From positions 1,984,001-2,048,000 of the forward strand of contig CAWCAG010000005.1 of the NCBI GenBank assembly GCA_963793425.1: a stretch of 64,000 nucleotides of DNA. Direction: 5' to 3'. This DNA is from an uncultured cyanobacterium. GTDB lineage: Bacteria; Cyanobacteriota; Cyanobacteriia; Cyanobacteriales; CAWCAG01. Below the pieces are notes generated by a model. That model saw only the letters and a program-made list of their open reading frames with translations. It had not been told where the DNA came from and did no database searches. Each line of letters starts with the position of its first letter. The first letter of the stretch is position 1. A program made the position numbers and the translations under genes. Below are positions 61,649 to 64,000 of this stretch, in pieces.

Positions 61649-63010
61649 GTGAATATAGCCCCGGAAAAGCTTTGGAGGCAAGTATTAAAACGCCTTCAGC
61701 AACAGCTAAGTCAACCAACTTTTGATACTTGGATTAAACCGACTCAGATTCAAGAGTTAGATGATAACCATGCCGTTATTGCTACCCCTAATCCTTTTGC
61801 TCGTAATTGGTTACAAAAACATTACATTAATACTATTGCTGAGGTGATAGAAGATATCCTCGGCCATCCTGTAGAAATTAAACTTGTTGCCGCCAAAGGA
61901 GATAATGTTTATGCCGGGGTTAAAAAGGATATTGCTTGGTCGATGCCTGTTACCAATGGTAAAAAGGAGGGTAATCGCGGCCAAAAAACGACTGAGTTAA
62001 ACCCAAAATATGTCTTTTCTCGCTTTGTGGTGGGGGCAAATAATCGTATGGCCCATGCGGCTTCCCTTGCGGTGGCAGAAGCCCCTGGCAGGGAATTTAA
62101 CCCCTTGTTTCTGTGCGGAGGGGTTGGTTTAGGTAAGACCCATTTAATGCAGGCTATTGGGCATTATCGCTTGGATATCCATCAGGAGGCTAAAGTTTTT
62201 TATGTTTCTACAGAACAGTTTACTAATGATTTAATTGCTGCTATTCGCCAAGATAGTATGGAAAGTTTCCGCGAACATTATCGCGCAGCGGATGTATTGT
62301 TGGTGGATGATATTCAGTTTATTGAAGGGAAAGAATATACTCAAGAAGAATTTTTCCACACTTTTAATACCCTCCACGAGTCAGGAAAACAAGTTGTAAT
62401 CGCTTCAGATCGTCCTCCCAATCTGATTCCCAGTTTACAAGAAAGATTATGTTCTCGTTTTTCCATGGGCTTAATTGCGGATATTCAAGCACCAGATTTT
62501 GAAACTAGGGTAGCAATTCTGCAAAAAAAGGCAGAATATGAACGGATGCGTTTACCCAGGGAAGTAATTGAATATATTGCCAACAATTTTACTTCTAATA
62601 TTCGCCAGTTAGAAGGGGCTTTAATTCGGGCAGTGGCTTATATTTCCATTTCTGGCTTACCGATGCAGGTAGAAAATATTGCCCACATTTTAAATCCTCC
62701 TGTAGAAAAGGTGGTTGTCTCCCCAGAAGCAATTTTACATACCGTCGCTGATACTATGAATATTCCGGTTGAAGATTTAAAAGGTGTTTCCCGCCGTCGA
62801 GAAATTAGTACCGCCAGACAAATCGCTATGTATTTAATGCGACAACATACAGATTTAAGTTTGCCTAGAATTGGTGAAGAGTTTGGGGGGAAAGACCACA
62901 CTACGGTTATGTATAGTTGTGAAAAAATCACTCAACTACAGAAGAAAGATGCTAACTTAAATAGAACTCTACGACAGTTAAGCGATCGCCTCAATTTATC
63001 TGGACAATAA
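61649..63010 (+). CDS. dnaA: Chromosomal replication initiator DnaA
   Basis: [32 protein letters not shown]. Confidence 0.98.
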   Translation: MNIAPEKLWRQVLKRLQQQLSQPTFDTWIKPTQIQELDDNHAVIATPNPFARNWLQKHYINTIAEVIEDILGHPVEIKLVAAKGDNVYAGVKKDIAWSMPVTNGKKEGNRGQKTTELNPKYVFSRFVVGANNRMAHAASLAVAEAPGREFNPLFLCGGVGLGKTHLMQAIGHYRLDIHQEAKVFYVSTEQFTNDLIAAIRQDSMESFREHYRAADVLLVDDIQFIEGKEYTQEEFFHTFNTLHESGKQVVIASDRPPNLIPSLQERLCSRFSMGLIADIQAPDFETRVAILQKKAEYERMRLPREVIEYIANNFTSNIRQLEGALIRAVAYISISGLPMQVENIAHILNPPVEKVVVSPEAILHTVADTMNIPVEDLKGVSRRREISTARQIAMYLMRQHTDLSLPRIGEEFGGKDHTTVMYSCEKITQLQKKDANLNRTLRQLSDRLNLSGQ

Positions 63011-63042
63011 TTGCTTAGATTAAGCTCTAAGTATAAATACCC

Positions 63043-63081
63043 TGTGGAAAAATAAAGGCGTTTTTCCACAGTTTTTCCACA
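63043..63081. promoter_or_regulatory. Three DnaA boxes (oriC-like)
   Basis: TGTGGAAAA at 63043-63051; TTTTCCACA at 63062-63070 and 63073-63081. Confidence 0.8.
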
Positions 63082-63082
63082 G

Positions 63083-63926
63083 CTATTGTTTTAATAGCTG
63101 CTTCTGTTTGCGTTTCACTATTGCAATACCAAAAGCACTTAAGGATAATAAGCCTAGCAAAGAATTTGGTTCAGGTACATCAGTAGGTTTTGTTGAAGGG
63201 ACTGTAGTAGCTAGTGATGCAGCACCAGCAATACCACCAGTGCCACCTGTCACTAACTTATCAAAAGTACCTACTCCTGTGTTTAAATCAATAATAATCT
63301 GTTGTCGGTTGAATGTATAACCGTACAAAGTGCCAGCTTCAAAAAACAAACCTAAGACATCCTTGAAGCCAATATTGCCAATTTGGGTAGCAGTCCCATC
63401 TAAAGCAATAGAGAATAAAGTGCTATCATTAGTTGTTTCAGAAGTAGCTAGAAATTGACCACTTGAAGGATTGAAAACTATATCCCCACTACTCAAGAAA
63501 CCGGGAATGTTGCTAATAGTTGTAGCTAATGGGTCAGGAGGTGTAGTATTAATTTGGAAGAATTTGTTGCTATTGGAAGAAGCACTATAAAGTACATCAG
63601 CTTTTGTAAAACCCAAAGCATTGACTGAAGAATTTACCTAGCCTGCCAATCAGAGTAGATTGACCTACATCATCTATCTTGTATAAGTTAGAAAAGGTAA
63701 CTCCAAAAAGATTACTTTTACTATCTAAGGCAATATCAGTAAACCATCTGCTATCGTTATTAGCTAATGGTGTAAAAACACCTGTTGCGGTGTTAATAGT
63801 TCCTACTTGTCCTGTCCTGGTAGAAAGGAAAGATATAGCCTGGGCAGAAGAAAAAGCAGACATACCGATCAGTATACTGAATGCGGTTATAGAGGAATTA
63901 AGCAAGAGAGAAACTGTTTTGTTCAT
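63083..63926 (-). CDS. PEP-CTERM surface protein, frameshifted at about 63633-63635
   Basis: Signal peptide ending SAQA, beta-rich body, VPEP-TM-KRK tail; removing one A joins ...GRLG to NSSVNALGFT. Confidence 0.8.
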
Positions 63927-64000
63927 TATTTTTAAACTAAAAAGATTCATAGAATATTTATAACATTTACTTTTGTATTTATACACTTCTTTATGAATTT

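Overview
Chromosomal segment of a cyanobacterium: the HIP1 octamer GCGATCGC is frequent, there are heptamer/octamer tandem repeats between genes, and ccmK3/K4 and NtcA-type sites are present. Most of it is housekeeping and signalling: acnB, clpS, gap1, cofH, argJ, sppA, aroH, nfuA, gltX, def, dnaA with three downstream DnaA boxes, an adenylate cyclase, two GGDEF/EAL proteins and a Ser/Thr kinase. Features missing from the ORF track are a probable 6S RNA (about 9298-9485), a 59-aa DUF4278 gene, a 51-aa AtpTheta/Norf1-like gene and a collapsed PIN-toxin remnant. The best candidate for an undescribed system is at 4518-9297: a small divergent membrane-protein gene, a repeat-rich intergenic region, a helical-domain/DUF4384-like gene and a TPR-CHAT caspase-like protease. 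The protease and its neighbour share an [IV]LxMWxE linker motif, and the protease carries a second copy of its own N-terminal helical domain between the catalytic His and Cys. A second notable module is a histidine kinase with a complete ETR1-type ethylene-binding signature, in an operon with a response regulator and a diguanylate cyclase. Three single-base frameshifts (about 705, 7132 and 63634) may be assembly errors. All family calls come from motif recognition by eye; no searches were run.
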